64,000 nucleotides of DNA, taken from Octopus vulgaris (taxonomy: Eukaryota). Of the stretch, positions 16,640 through 30,471 are shown piece after piece. The notes under the pieces were generated by a model, which was not told where the DNA came from, made no database searches, and saw only the letters and a program-made list of their open reading frames with translations. Where the stretch lies: contig OX597830.1 of the NCBI GenBank assembly GCA_951406725.2, positions 24,304,001 to 24,368,000 of the forward strand. Reading direction: 5' to 3'. How positions within the stretch are numbered: the first letter of the stretch is position 1; every line of letters begins with the position of its first letter. The position numbers were made by a program, and so were the translations under genes.

Positions 16640-16893
16640 AAAATACAAAATGGGACAAGAACGCAAAACATCCGGAGAAATTGATGATACACAATGGGAC
16701 AACAAAACATCCAGCCAGGCGATACAAATAAACACGGACGGGTCATTCCAAGCCTTTAGTCTTCAGTCAAGAACCGGATCATCCTCGCAATTTCGGCTGA
16801 TTCAGCCGAAATTGTATCGCTTATCTGTATGTTTTGTTGTCCCTTTTTGTATCACCTAGTTGTCCGGATGTTTTGCGTTCTTGTCCCATTTTG

Positions 16894-16897
<4 letters not shown>
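16640..16897. mobile_element. Short inverted-repeat element in (TA)n; partial relative at 30246-30380
   Basis: aaatacaaaatgggacaagaacgcaaaacatccgga / tccggatgttttgcgttcttgtcccattttgtattt; internal palindrome caatttcggctga-t-tcagccgaaattg. Confidence 0.7.
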
Positions 16898-16956
<59 letters not shown>

Positions 16957-16975
16957 ATATATAAACATATATATA

Positions 16976-17011
<36 letters not shown>

Positions 17012-17047
17012 TGTATGTATATATTATATATAATATGAATATATATA

Positions 17048-17115
<68 letters not shown>

Positions 17116-17160
17116 GTGGGCACATACACACATATATATCCCTGCATGTATTTATGTATA

Positions 17161-17256
<96 letters not shown>

Positions 17257-17486
17257 CACACATATACCACAAATGATTGAGACGGAAAAATAGAATTTAC
17301 AAGAAACTTTATTGTTCACAACTATCGTTTCGACCCATCTTGCGTCAACTCCTCGCGGGTGGGTTACTGCACGAGTAGTTGTGTAGCATTTGTTGGTGCA
17401 GAAGTGTTTTGTCAGATGATTTTTCAAGGATTATTTCGTTAAATAAGCCGAGTTTCGCCGGTTTTAATACAGGTTTTAGCCCTCGG

Positions 17487-17532
<46 letters not shown>

Positions 17533-17841
17533 GTATTTGTAATATATTCTAACTGTTAGTGAGTGATTACGTAGCAGAGGATGTTGCCGCAAAAATGTCT
17601 GAAATGTTAATAGTTTTTGTAATGTCATAGTTTCAAACTAATCGTAAAACAATTATACGAGGGAAATTGTTGAGAGGAGAAAAAGATTAGACTCGAACTT
17701 AGTCGTGTCTTCAATAATTCAATATAACATTTTTGAAACTAAAAGGAATTTCCTATCTACATTGAAGTACAAACATACACGCAGGCGTACATACATACGT
17801 ATTCACACAGACACACATATTTATGTATATATATATATATA

Positions 17842-18174
17842 TAACATAAGTGGGATCAGCCATCTGAATGTGGCTAGGGTCAGGGCGGGGTGGTGGGGGT
17901 GTTACTGATGCATTTAGCCCCAGGCGAACATCAACGTCACCAGAAGGGCTGACACCATCTCGGTGTCCTTGCCAGCCTGCAAAGGGAGATCAGCCTCCCC
18001 GAAGATACGGATACTACATACGGACCGGTTTCGAGGTTATTGCCTCTTGTCAACGTATGGTAAGCACCGCTCTTCGTTGAGGGACTTCCTCTACAAGCTG
18101 GATATATAGGGATTTTCACCCACCACCCCGCCCTGACCCTAGCCACATTCAGATGGCTGATCCCCCTTATGTTA
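17842..18174. mobile_element. Non-autonomous element with ~56-bp terminal inverted repeats carrying a hammerhead motif
   Basis: taacataagtgggatcagccatctgaatgtggctagggtcagggcggggtggtggg mirrored at 18119-18174 with 1 mismatch; left end abuts (TA)n. Confidence 0.85.
18017..18059 (-). ncRNA. Minimal type-I hammerhead ribozyme (U3-A8 core variant)
   Basis: Minus strand CATACG-TTGACAA-GAGG-CAATAA-CCTC-GAAA-CCGG-TC-CGTATG: perfect 6-bp stem I, 4-bp stem II, palindromic stem III, GUC site. Confidence 0.75.
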
Positions 18175-18236
18175 TAGAGCAGTTACTGTTTATATCTCGC
18201 TCAGAGATTTATTATTGTTATATATTTATGTATATG

Positions 18237-18267
<31 letters not shown>

Positions 18268-18336
18268 GTATATATATATTTATATATATACATTATGTAA
18301 TATGTAAAAAATATGTACATAATATGTATGTGCATG

Positions 18337-18387
<51 letters not shown>

Positions 18388-19266
18388 GTACATACATACA
18401 TATATAAGTATGTGTGTATGTATGTATATAATATTTATGGACATACCCGATAGATAGATGCGCGTATATGTATGTATATATATATGGCCACGCACATATC
18501 AAGGATGATTCTTGAAACTTAGAACAGCAGAACCTGCAATCTTCAAAATCAAAAAATCTATTAATGTGAAGTCGGGCATATATAGCTTGAATCTGCACTT
18601 TTTCAAATTGTTTCCTATAGAAGTAAAAGGGTTTATTTTTTTTATTTAAATCAGATTTGCTATTTTCATTCATTCATTGTCTTATTATTTCTTAAGTATA
18701 TGTTGCATGTCTTGCATTTATGGAGGAAATGCCACTGATGTATATGTATAGTGATGGTGGTGGTGGTGGTGGATATTCTGATCGAATTAAGGAAACTATT
18801 TTCCCATAAACTTCTTTCAAATTACTACTTTTATTAGTCGCTTGCTATATCTTGACAGAAGAGGTTACGAACTGCATTGCAACGTGGAACGGGTGTATCG
18901 GGAAATTTATCAGCAAAATGTCGTCGCACCAAATCTGAGAATCTACAAACCTTCTCGAAATATGTGTTCGACAAAGAAATACACATTCTTCAGTTGTTGA
19001 AACAATATTAGGGCCGAAATCAGAAATACAAAAATACAAAATACGATTGGAAAAATGTACAGAGACTTCCCGAACACCCTCTCTTTTGTGGACGACTTTA
19101 CTACATCTTGGAGTCATGTGGCTTAGTGGTTAAGGTGTTGGACTCGCGATCGTTAGATTGTGGTTTCGATCCCTGGATCGGGCGATGCGTTGTGTTCTTG
19201 GGGAAAACAATTCATTTCACAGTTCTATGTTTAAGAGATGAGGAATTATGTACATTATTTACATTA

Positions 19267-19666
19267 CTCTTTTACTCCTTTATTTGTTTCAGTCATTTGA
19301 CTGCGGTCATGCTGGAGCACCGCCTATAGTCGAGCAAATCGACCCTAGGCCTTATTCCTTGTAAGTCTATTACTTATTCTATTGGTCTCTTTTGCCGAAC
19401 CGCTAAGTCACGGGGACATAAACACACCAGCATCGGTTGTCAAGAGATGTTGGGGAAACACAAACACACAAACATACACACACACACGCGCACGCACACA
19501 CACACACACATATATATACATATATACGACGGGCTTCTTGCAGTTTCCATCTACCAAATTCACTCACAAGGCTATAGTAGAAGACACTTGCCTAAGGTGC
19601 CAGGCAATGGCACTGAACCATGTGGTTGGTAAGCAAGCTACTTACCACACACCCAGTCCTGTGCCT
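19267..19666 (-). mobile_element. SINE family A with 11-bp TSD
   Basis: Family match; TATTTACATTA at 19256-19266 and 19668-19678. Confidence 0.88.
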
Positions 19667-19817
19667 ATATTTACATTATATACATTTGACGGACATTTCT
19701 CTTCATCTTGTCTATTGTTAACACAACGTTTCGGCTGATAAGAGCGTGGGCTACTAACCCCAAGATTCCGAGTTCGATTCCAAGCAGTGACCTGAATAAC
19801 AGTAAATTTCTCCCAAG

Positions 19818-19861
19818 ACACATGATGAAGACTGGAGGGTATGTCAGCCGAAACGTTGTGT
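19818..19861 (+). ncRNA. Minimal hammerhead motif in an inverted Penelope-type stub
   Basis: ACAC-ATGATGA-AGACTG-GAGGGTATGT-CAGCC-GAAA-CGT-T-GTGT; C3 replaced by A. Confidence 0.6.
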
Positions 19862-20554
19862 TAGCAACAAACAAGATGAGGACAAATATCCGTCAAATAT
19901 AAATAATGTAAATAATTCATTTGACGTTGCCGGCAAAAATGATTAATCCTGCGACGGACCGGTGTCCCGTGCAGGTGGAGAATATATACACAATGTATCC
20001 GGGAAACCGGCCCTATGAATCTATAGGGTTCGGGAAAGAACTTTACTCTAATTTTACTTTTCATTACATGACTCGTTAACACTGAAAACCCAACATTCGT
20101 GGCGTCCCTTTACAGTTCTTTTGACATGGTTGATTAGTTCATCTTTTATGTTCTTCTCTGAATTGAGACATTTGCAGTTTTTCTTGTATGCAAATGATGT
20201 CCATGATGTCACCTGTCCTTCTAATATTCGTAACGTTCCTCACCATATCGGGTAACCGTTTTAAGTATTGTCATTTTCGATCAGAGTGTCTCAGAGTGTT
20301 AAGCAACTCGAGAGATGTACGCAGATTATTACAGAAGGACGTAAGTTTTAATATATGGTTAAACCGATATGGATGAACAAACAAATCGATTTTATTGCCC
20401 GAATAACAATAAACACACCTTGAATAACAATAAAAAGATCTGTATTGCAAGCCTATCTAAATGAAAGATAAATGGGTAGAAGTAGGCGGAAATAGTCACG
20501 ATTTTGACCGTTGTGTTTCTTAATTATGAGAATAAGCCAATCGTTGGTTTCGAA

Positions 20555-21107
20555 CTTTGGCACAACGCCAGCAATTTCGGGGGATGGGGTTAAGCTGTTT
20601 ATATCGGCCCCAGTGATCAACTTATTTTAACGAGCCTCGAAAGTATGAAAAGCAAAGCGGGTCTGGGCGGAATTTCAACTCAGATCATAAGACGAACGAA
20701 ATACCTATTTCTTTACTACCCACAAAGGGATAAACACAGAAAAAACAAACAAGGACAGCCAAACTGATTAAGTCGATTATATCGACACCAGTGCGTAACT
20801 GGTACTTATTTAATCGACCCCGAATCGACCTTGGCGGAATTTGAACTAGGAACGTAGCGGCTGACGAAATACCTATTTCTTTACTATCCCCCAGGGGCCA
20901 AACACAGGGAGGACAAACAAGGACAGACAAACGGATTAAGTCAATTACATCGACCCCAGTGCGTAACTGGTACTTAATTTATCGACCCCGAAAGGATGAA
21001 AGGCAAAGTCGACCTCGGCGGAATTTGAACTCAGAACGTAACTGCAGACGAAATACCGCTCAGCATTTTGCCCGACGTGCTAACGATTCTGCCAGCTTGC
21101 CTGCCTT
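20555..21107 (-). mobile_element. SINE family C with internal tandem units of ~170-185 bp
   Basis: Head ggc...agctggcagaatcgttagcacg and B box gagttcaaattcc on minus; gaaatacc...gtcgattatatcgac...ctggtactta unit repeated about three times. Confidence 0.82.
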
Positions 21108-22796
21108 TAAATGACCTGATTATTAGTCATCGAATCTAGAAAAAAGCACAAAATTAAACGTTAGTTAATAATTACATATGCATAGATATGTAGGGGTATA
21201 GGAATACGTCTGAAAGTTTCAAACACTCCAGTTCTACTTGGTTTTGTACGTGAAGTAATACGTTTAATGATTACCGCTTTAAAGATCTAAAATATACACA
21301 GATAGTAAATTATTCGAAGAGGTCATCCACATAAAAGCTATCGATTTCCAATCGATGTAGATCGTGTTCTTGAATTATTTAATTTCAAAAGCAATTCTGT
21401 CTTTCTCTGTCAACAAATATACAACCTTGTTTATTTGTTTTCCCGTTTCCTTTTTCTGGCGTTTCGTAAGGGAAGGATGGGCAGCATCTGTGACCATTTA
21501 TATTTTTTCAACGCTTCAAAGAGAGGGAAAGGAAAGGTTCTTTTTCATAAATCGGAGATCTAATCCAAATGCTTATAAGGGAGTGAACTTCGCCAAGGGC
21601 ACCCAAAGACCCTGCGGTGGAATTATACCCTATTACGGATTAAATCTACCACCCAAAATTATAGCTACTACTCCAAATTAAATTTCACTCGAAATTAAAT
21701 TTAGTAATTTTTGTCATTACTATATCCATAAATACGGTGAGGTTTGTGCATCGCTGATAAGATGTGAATAAGACCGAAACATGTCTACAGCTTTCCATTG
21801 TACTTGCCAGAACAATAAGAATTAATATTAGGCATTGATCAATACCGTTTGTTTGTTTTCCTACGCGTGTATTTATTTCTAGTTATCTTATTAACGCATT
21901 AAATATATCAACATACAGAATTATTATTTTACATTAACCAGTATGGTTCCTGCACTTGCTCTCTGTTTTTCTTACCGTATATTTATTTCTAGTAAGCTTT
22001 TTAACGCATTTAATATATTAACACCGACTTACCTATATTGAAATATGCAATAAAAGAACTGTAATTTTAGTTGACGATCAAACATCGTTGCTTTGTTTTT
22101 CACTTGAAATTTCCGGATACGATTAACCATTTTTTTTCCTTTTTGATGTTCGTCAGCGGAAACGATGTCTCACTGTAACAATCCAATCGTTAAATAAACA
22201 TACTAAAATATTTATATTTGTTGACATACGAGAAGGTTTAGAGGAATACTGAAAAACAAAAGCAAAAAAGATTCATAAAAAGTTACGTATATGATGTTAG
22301 GCGCGTTTTTCCCAGCTTTTCTTCCGTCCCTTTCTTTTTCGTTTTCCAAATCGGATTACAACATGACAAAGCGTGAAAATTCCCAAAAATCGTTGGAGCG
22401 TAACGAAATTACGAAACCAAATATAAACCATGGATATAAACCCTAAATTTGTAAAAAAGAAATTAAGATGAAAATATTTTTTCTTTATTTGTATTTCGTG
22501 ATTTTAAAACTTTTCCTCTCATCATTCACTCGCTCTCCTCGTTCTCTTTTTCTACCTCTGTCTTGCTGCCATTCTGAATTTTTGCAATCTGAATATTTGT
22601 ATTTTACTGGTTTCAATCATTTGACTGCGGCTATGCTCCAGCATGGCCTTTGTGTTCGCTTGTGCGTGATGCTAAAATATGTAAAAATATATATATATAA
22701 AAATAAAAAGTAAAATAAATTAGTAAACTAATCGATGAATTTAATCCAAACCTTAGACTCCACGATAACCAATGTCATATTCTATCATCTACAGAG

Positions 22797-23127
22797 GTAT
22801 TCCGTCGGTTACGACGACGAGTCTTCTAAATGATCCGATCAACGGAACGGCCAGCTCGTGAAATTAACATGCAAATGGCTGAGCACTGCACAAGCATGCG
22901 TACCCTTAACATGCGTACTCCACAGATACGTACACCCTTAACGTAGTTCTAAGAGATATTCTGCGTGACACAAAGTGTAACCAGGCTGGACCTTTGAAAT
23001 ACAGATACAACTCATTTTTGCCAGTTGATTGGACTGGAACAACGCAAAAACATAACGTATCGCCGGGAATCGAACTCACGATCTTGCGATCGTAAGCCGA
23101 ATGCCTTAACCACTAAGCCACACGCCT
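22797..23127 (-). mobile_element. tRNA-derived SINE family B
   Basis: Reverse complement of 32193-32509; head ggcgtgtggcttagtggttaagg...gagttcgattcc. Confidence 0.85.
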
Positions 23128-24339
23128 TTACATACTGCCGTCTATAAGTGGTAATATTATTGTAGAGAAAATAATATGGAACACAGGAAGCGTTTCGCAC
23201 AACATACCAAATACAAAGAAACGCTTTTAATGATGTTTATTCATAAAAACACACACACTCACTGCAAATTCAAACAGTTATTTGTTAGCAAGCTAGTTTG
23301 CATATGTTACGTTGGGGAAACATTTATCAAATTGATTTGCTGCCGGCTGATCTGAAAGTGGCAAATATAGAAACCAAAAAAGAAATTTGCAACACGTAGG
23401 TCTATTTAAGTGGTTATAAAATGTGACTCCGCTCATCGGCAGAGTGAAAAGCCACCTTTCAGTAAGTAAATTAACATCCCACGACAGCAATGTGTGTTGT
23501 GTGTTATTATATTTTTTACATTTCAAACAGTCCAACGAAGAGAAATAGAATAAACAATAAATAAATAGCATAACATACGATGTGTGATGTAACAGAATTA
23601 CAGAACAGACGATATATGAAAAAATACATTATATATTTGTTAAAGTTTTCGTTGAGCAGAGTGACATATTGTGGTAGCATAGCCCAGAGGTCCATAGACC
23701 GAGATTGCAGTCAGCGAAGGAATGAAAGCGATGTTTGATATTTATACATCGCAACTGAATTGTCTACAAATGTACCAAACATGGAGGTTACAAATCATAT
23801 AATGTAATAGAAATTTATGCAGGGTTAACGAGTCACCAACTGACTGAGGAGCACTAAAATCCAAGTAAAGATGTGGACAGAGACAACAGCTGTAGGATCG
23901 GGATTGTGTATGATTTTTGTTTTGAACTTATTGAAGCTCCTATGCTCCTAAGTATCATTTGATTGTTCTATTAGTAGCTTCGTTTGAGGGCCCTGGAAAC
24001 CTTTTCCATTTTGAGGTTGGTTCAATTTATCAGTTTTCATATCCAGAATAATCGACTTTCTTAACAATTGAAAGTATTATCCAGTCTTGAAAATATGTTA
24101 GTTTAGAGCCGTGGTTCCCAACGATTCTTTGATTATGAACCCCTTTGATTTCTATTTAAATCAGGTGGACCCTTATAGTCATTCGATGTTTAAAAAATCC
24201 CATTATATTTTTTATAATTAAATTACGGGGGGAGTGCAATAAGCAGTGATAAGTAAAAATGCAATGTTCATACGAATTCGGACATGATAAAAACACATTC
24301 GGACTTGTGAACAAGCCATTCACCGTGATTTCTCGCTGT

Positions 24340-25850
24340 AACATTATTAGGAAGTGTATTCCGACTGTGCCGAGAGCACGCAGTTTGCGACATATCATAC
24401 TATAGACGAATTTATCAAAGGCTTTTGCAAAGTCAAGATATATCATATCCACACTTGAGACATTTAGCAGTTGTTTTAATACCCAATCGTAATGTTGCAA
24501 GAGCTGTGACAGGCGGCTCCTACCTGGTCGAAATCCATACTGGGTGTCAGTCAGCAAGTCATTCTCTTTAAGGAACGAAATTAGTTCCTTGACTGTCCGT
24601 TCCATGACTTTGCTGATGTGTGAGGTCAGAGAGATAGGTCAATAATTTTTAGCATCTGTTCTGCCTTCTCCCTTATGGATAGGGCTTATTATCCCTTCCT
24701 TCAGTTTGTCTGGGAGCTTACCACTGGCAAGAAAGCTCTGAAAAAGAAGCTGCTGTGGTTAGGCAAGGGCTCGTTTGACGATTTGAGAAGGACCGTTGGG
24801 AATCCATCAAGGCAGCAGTTGTATTTGTGTCAGCCACATCTACGGCCAGTGTTACATCTTCAATGCTGAGGTAATCAATTTTCGCTTCTTTGGTTACAGG
24901 TAAAGTGACAAAGAATTTTGCTGGTGTGTTCACTTGCCCGTGTCCCAGAGGTGTAGCGAATACATTTTGGAATTGCTCGTTCAGTATTTCACTTATCCTG
25001 ATTAGGTTTCCTATGAAGGATCCATCTTTTTGGAAGAGGGGTTCTATTTTGTGGAGTACTGAGGCTGTTTCTTTGGCAAACTTAAAGAACTCTTCAGGAT
25101 TCGAATTTATATTTACTATAACCCAAGCTTCCTTACCTGCTCTCTCCTTTTCGTGAAATGGATGCAGACTTTTCTCAATCTCCAACAGCGCTCTCTCCAG
25201 GTGAGACTTCTCACCTCTTTTTAGGTGCTTGTTCAAGTGGTTCGCAATCTCTGTCCGTCGTCTCATAAGAATCATCCTTTCCCTAGGAATCCTGTTCTTG
25301 TGTATGTTGGTCCTGCGCTCTGAAACAGATTTGTCACATACGTCTTGCATTATGGACATGGAATGTTTGTATTTCATGTCAATGTCTGGTGTGAAGAGAC
25401 ATTTAGGGCTATCCTGTTTGAGGATCTCTTTCTCAATCAACTTCCAGTTTGCTTCAGGGAAATTCAGGTCGGAGTGATTTGGGGTGCTTCTTATAGGCTG
25501 TACATCTGCAGGGGCTTTTCGTCCATACATAGACACCTCTATTATGTTGTGATCCGAGACCAGCGTCGTTGTCACTTTAACATTATGGATAATGTCCTTA
25601 TTGTTTGTGAAGCAGAGATCAAGTATATCATTTGCCTGGTTGGTTGCAACACAATTTGCTCTGGATGCAGCACAATTTGCTCCATGAGAGGAACATTTGT
25701 AAGGTAAAGCAAGGACTCCGCCTGTGCTTGCTGGTGGTGTGTCATTCCTGGCAGCGTCTCGTCCCCAGGTCATTCCACGTTGGTGAAGTTAAAGTCACCC
25801 AAAAGGAATAAACTAATGCGTTATTACAGTTTGGTTGGTGAGAACTTCTA
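24340..25850 (-). mobile_element. CR1/L2-group LINE remnant (APE C-terminus, linker, RT N-terminus)
   Basis: FLLGDFNF (~25785-25810), ILDLCFTN...SDHNII, then YGFRPGRS...IYLDFAKAFDK; frameshifted. Confidence 0.88.
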
Positions 25851-25952
25851 TCTTTGGTAGGCAGTTGTATACAAAAAGAGTATGTATACGTACATGTGTG
25901 TGTAAATATGCATTCAAACACATATACATATACACATATATGTGTGTGGGTG

Positions 25953-25986
<34 letters not shown>

Positions 25987-26643
25987 TACCCTTTATCAAA
26001 GCGATCGAATTGTGATTACGCAACAGTGAGTCTTACACACACCATGTTGCTTCAAATTAGGGCTAACCGTTTATCTACTTTAACTTGACTATGGCTGCCA
26101 GAAACTTTGGCAGACATGTTGTTTCACTTATATAGAATATGGTATATAAGCATTGAATATTGTTGTAAAAATGTTGTTGTTATTGTTGGTATTGTTGTTT
26201 AACTTAAAATCAAATTTATTGAATAGACAACATTCCACACTTGACCAAGCCAACTTACAAAAGGAAAAGGAGCACTTTATCCAATGTGATCTGTGCTGTT
26301 TCATGTATGCGAGTGATATTTCGCTGGTATTTCTTGTGAGTCAAGCGACCACTTAGGGCCACACATGTTCCAGTGTGTAGTGGCAGTGAAAGTGATGTTG
26401 ATAATCATGTTGATGATGGTGGTAATGTTGATGGAAAAAATGATGGTGATAGTGCTGATGGTGGAATTGGTGGTGCAACGGGGCCACGTGTGATCATGCA
26501 TATGAGTAATTTTAACATGTACGGTGTGCATAAATATAGCGCATTATCTCTCCATCTCTCCCAACGTCGGAAGTTGCACATACAAATACACACGCACAAA
26601 CACAAACATATAACCCATCAAACACACACGCACACAAATGTAT

Positions 26644-26674
<31 letters not shown>

Positions 26675-26798
26675 CATGCATGCATATATACATACGTACA
26701 TATATATATATACATATATATATGTATATATATATATGTATATATGCTAGTATGAATGTGTTTATATACAGATATATAATATTTATTTGTCTATGTAA

Positions 26799-26835
<37 letters not shown>

Positions 26836-26870
26836 CATTCATATATCTATATGTGCATACATTGACGTAT

Positions 26871-26931
<61 letters not shown>

Positions 26932-27064
26932 AATGTACATATATTATACATATATATACATGTACACGTTTGCATATTTATATATCTATATACATGTTTG
27001 TATGTTGGTATATCTATATATATCTTTGGATATTTATAAACATATATATATATATACATATATG

Positions 27065-27124
<60 letters not shown>

Positions 27125-27379
27125 CACACGCACGCACGCACGCACACACGTACATGATTATTTTTGCAAAGGTGCATACGCAACTGACTCCGAGTGCATG
27201 GGTTGCCGGTTATTTTAATCAGATGTAAATAAAACAAATATATTGACGCGTTTTTGCTATAATTCTTAACACACACACGCACAAACACACATGGTGATTG
27301 TACATATACTGAGTCATGCATACACAACCAATTATAGTCACACATAAAAATACATAGGTGCATAGAGAAATGTTCTAGT

Positions 27380-27430
<51 letters not shown>

Positions 27431-27481
27431 CATATTGACATACAGACTGATAAATATATATATATATATATATATACAGTT

Positions 27482-27589
<108 letters not shown>

Positions 27590-27638
27590 GCTGATACATG
27601 GAGAGATATCTACATACACACACTCACGAATATATATA

Positions 27639-27689
<51 letters not shown>

Positions 27690-27701
27690 TATATATATAT
27701 A

Positions 27702-27737
<36 letters not shown>

Positions 27738-28741
27738 CAGGATATATAAAATATATTCTATAAACAAATATATATATAAACTTATATACATATATATACA
27801 TAAATACATACATAAATACATACACACACACATACACATATGTATATATTATAAATATGTATATACAAAATTATATATACATGAGTATATATATATAAAC
27901 AGTATATTTATATATATATATATAGCTTAAAATAAGAAACACTGATGTATACATCTAGCGTTTATCAGAACGATCGACTTCGTGATTACGCAACAGTGAG
28001 TCTTACACACACCATGTTGCTTCAAATTAGGGCTAACCGTTTATCTACTTTAACTTGACTATGGCTGCCAGAGACTTTGGCGGATGTTTTGTTTCGCGCA
28101 TATAGAATATGGTGTATCAGCATTAAATATTGTTGCGAATATTTTGCTGTTGATGTTATTGTTGTTGTTGTTGTTGGTATTGTTGTTGTAGTTGATGTTG
28201 CTGTGTAGAGAAACTTGATTTATTTGACCTTCAATGTCAGATATTCTACCCGTGTCCATCCAGTCTTTTTTACGTATATAGGACTACATTATCCTTAGAA
28301 CGCTTCCCTTTTTGCATAGCGAAAACACTATTTGTGATGTAGATTTGGTTGTTATTTCTAGCAAATCGTGCCACTAGGAAGGTTTCCTCGTTGGCTTGGC
28401 AAACGTGTTTCCATGTGTTTGAGATGGTATTAGTGATGGTGGTGGTGGTGGTGGTGGTCCGGCTGGATAATCTGCGATCATGCAAATGGATGTTTTTACA
28501 TACGCATGGTTTACAAGTTGTCTCTCTGTCTTTTTATCCCTCACCATCTCTCTCTGTATGCTTCTTCCACTCACTCGTTCTTTCTCTCTCGTGTATATAT
28601 CCGTATATTTATACCAGTGTGTTCAGCGTAAATGTTTGTTGAAATGCAGAGTAGAATATTGCGCAAGGTGCCACGTATTGGGACTGAACCCAGAACCATG
28701 TGGTTGGTAAGCAAGCTACTTACTACACAGCCTATATATAT

Positions 28742-28983
28742 ACTCTTTACTCTTTTACTCTTTTACTCTTTTACTCTTTTACTTGTTTCAGTCATTTGAC
28801 TGTGGCCATGCTGGAGCACCGCCTTTAATCGAGCAACTCGACCCCGGGACTTATTCTTTGTAAGCCTAGTACTTATTCTATCGGTCTCTTTTGTCGAACC
28901 GCTAAGTAACGGGGACATAAACACGCCAGCATCAGTTGTCAAGCAATGCTAGGGGGACAAACACAGACACACAAACACACACA

Positions 28984-29047
<64 letters not shown>

Positions 29048-29209
29048 ACGGGCTTCTTTTCAGTTTCCGTCTACCAAATCCACTCACAAGGCTTTGGTTG
29101 GCCCGAGGTTATAGTAGAAGACACTTGCCGAAGGTGCTACGCAGTGGGACTGAACCCGGGACCATGTGGTTAGTAAACAAGCTACTTACCACACAGCCAC
29201 TCCTGCGCC
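28742..29209 (-). mobile_element. SINE family A, full length
   Basis: (ctctttta)n tail, central (TA)n, head ending ccactcctgcgcc. Confidence 0.92.
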
Positions 29210-29318
29210 TATATATATATATATATATACACTGACTTATATATATATATACACAGACACATATATGTGTGTTTGTGTGTCTATGTACGCATGTATATAT
29301 GAATGCACGTGATATGTG

Positions 29319-29379
<61 letters not shown>

Positions 29380-29380
<1 letters not shown>

Positions 29381-30215
29381 AAGCGCGCATTCCAGAAGTT
29401 TTGAGTCTTTTCCAGGAGAGACATTAATTTCAAAGAAGTAGGACACGCTAATCTCATCATTGCTCATCATTGTAGCGCTGCAGCCAGTTCGCGTAGTCTC
29501 TGTGTAAGTCATCCAAGGTGAAGATGTTCCGGACCATCTTCTTCAACTTGCGAAAGAACGAACAGTCACAGGGAACAAGGCCTGGACCGTTAGGAGAATA
29601 CGAGGATACTTTTGATGCCTATCTCTGCCTAGAACCTGGCTACCAGGATGGAACTGTGGACTTGTTAATTGTCTTAATACAGGTGCTCTGGCCTTTGCCC
29701 TCAAACTTTCTTCCTGAACTCCCTCATAACCTCCTCAAAGTACTCTTTCTTGAGCGTCTGGCCAGAGAGAACCCAAGAGATATCGAGAATGCTCTCGCTG
29801 TTGCAAAATCGTATCATCATGAGCTTTCCAATGGACTTGCTTTCGTTAGCATCTTTTACCAGCGAAAATTAGTTGATCTGTAAGTTAAATACAAGCCAAT
29901 CCATGAACAGCCTGCAGCATTTCATAAGCTTCTGAAACGGTTTTGCCCAATTTAACGCAAAATTTGTTGCATAGTCTGCATCCAAATTGTCTTCCAGTCT
30001 CGGCTGCATTCTGGGAACCAGTCAGCTGTGACTAGCAGTGTTTCGTAGTCTGTGTTCAAAGTGCTGCTAGAGCTGTCTCCTTCAATCTGGAATAACAAAA
30101 TTTGACCGGTCAGCTTATTGTATGCGTAGTAAAGATATACTAAACTCACAATTATCTACTACAGTTATAACCACCTCGCCTGAAAACGTCTCGAAACTTC
30201 TGGAACGCACCTCGT
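29380..30215 (-). mobile_element. Mariner-like DNA transposon, degenerate and internally deleted
   Basis: TIR-like ends gcattccagaagttttgagtcttttccagg / cctgaaaacgtctcgaaacttctggaacgc; minus-strand peptides LGKTVSEAYEMLQ, KEYFEEVMREFRKK, VHSSILVA, PGLVPCDCSFFRKLK (cf. mariner YSPDLAPCDF.LF.KLK). Confidence 0.8.
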
Positions 30216-30376
30216 TCGTTTATATATATATATATATATATATATAATCAGCCGAAATTACTACGATGATCCGGTTCTTGACTGAAGACTGAGGGTTTCG
30301 AATGTCCTGTCCGTGTTTATTGTATCGTCTTCTAAGAGTTATACGTTCTTGTCCATGTTGTATTTTTCTACATACC

Positions 30377-30417
<41 letters not shown>

Positions 30418-30428
30418 TTGTATAAATA

Positions 30429-30471
<43 letters not shown>

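Noticed and set aside
16740-16790. CTGAAGA motif here (minus) and at ~30282 as a hammerhead
   Set aside because: Followed by GAAT rather than GAAA, and no stem I pairing
24105-24180. hAT-like end CCGTGGTTCCCAAC
   Set aside because: No matching second terminus found
28059-28574. Pro/Asn-rich minus-strand ORFs as a host exon
   Set aside because: Driven by (GGT)n and (TTG)n; frames close and are not kept in the duplicate at 26.0 kb
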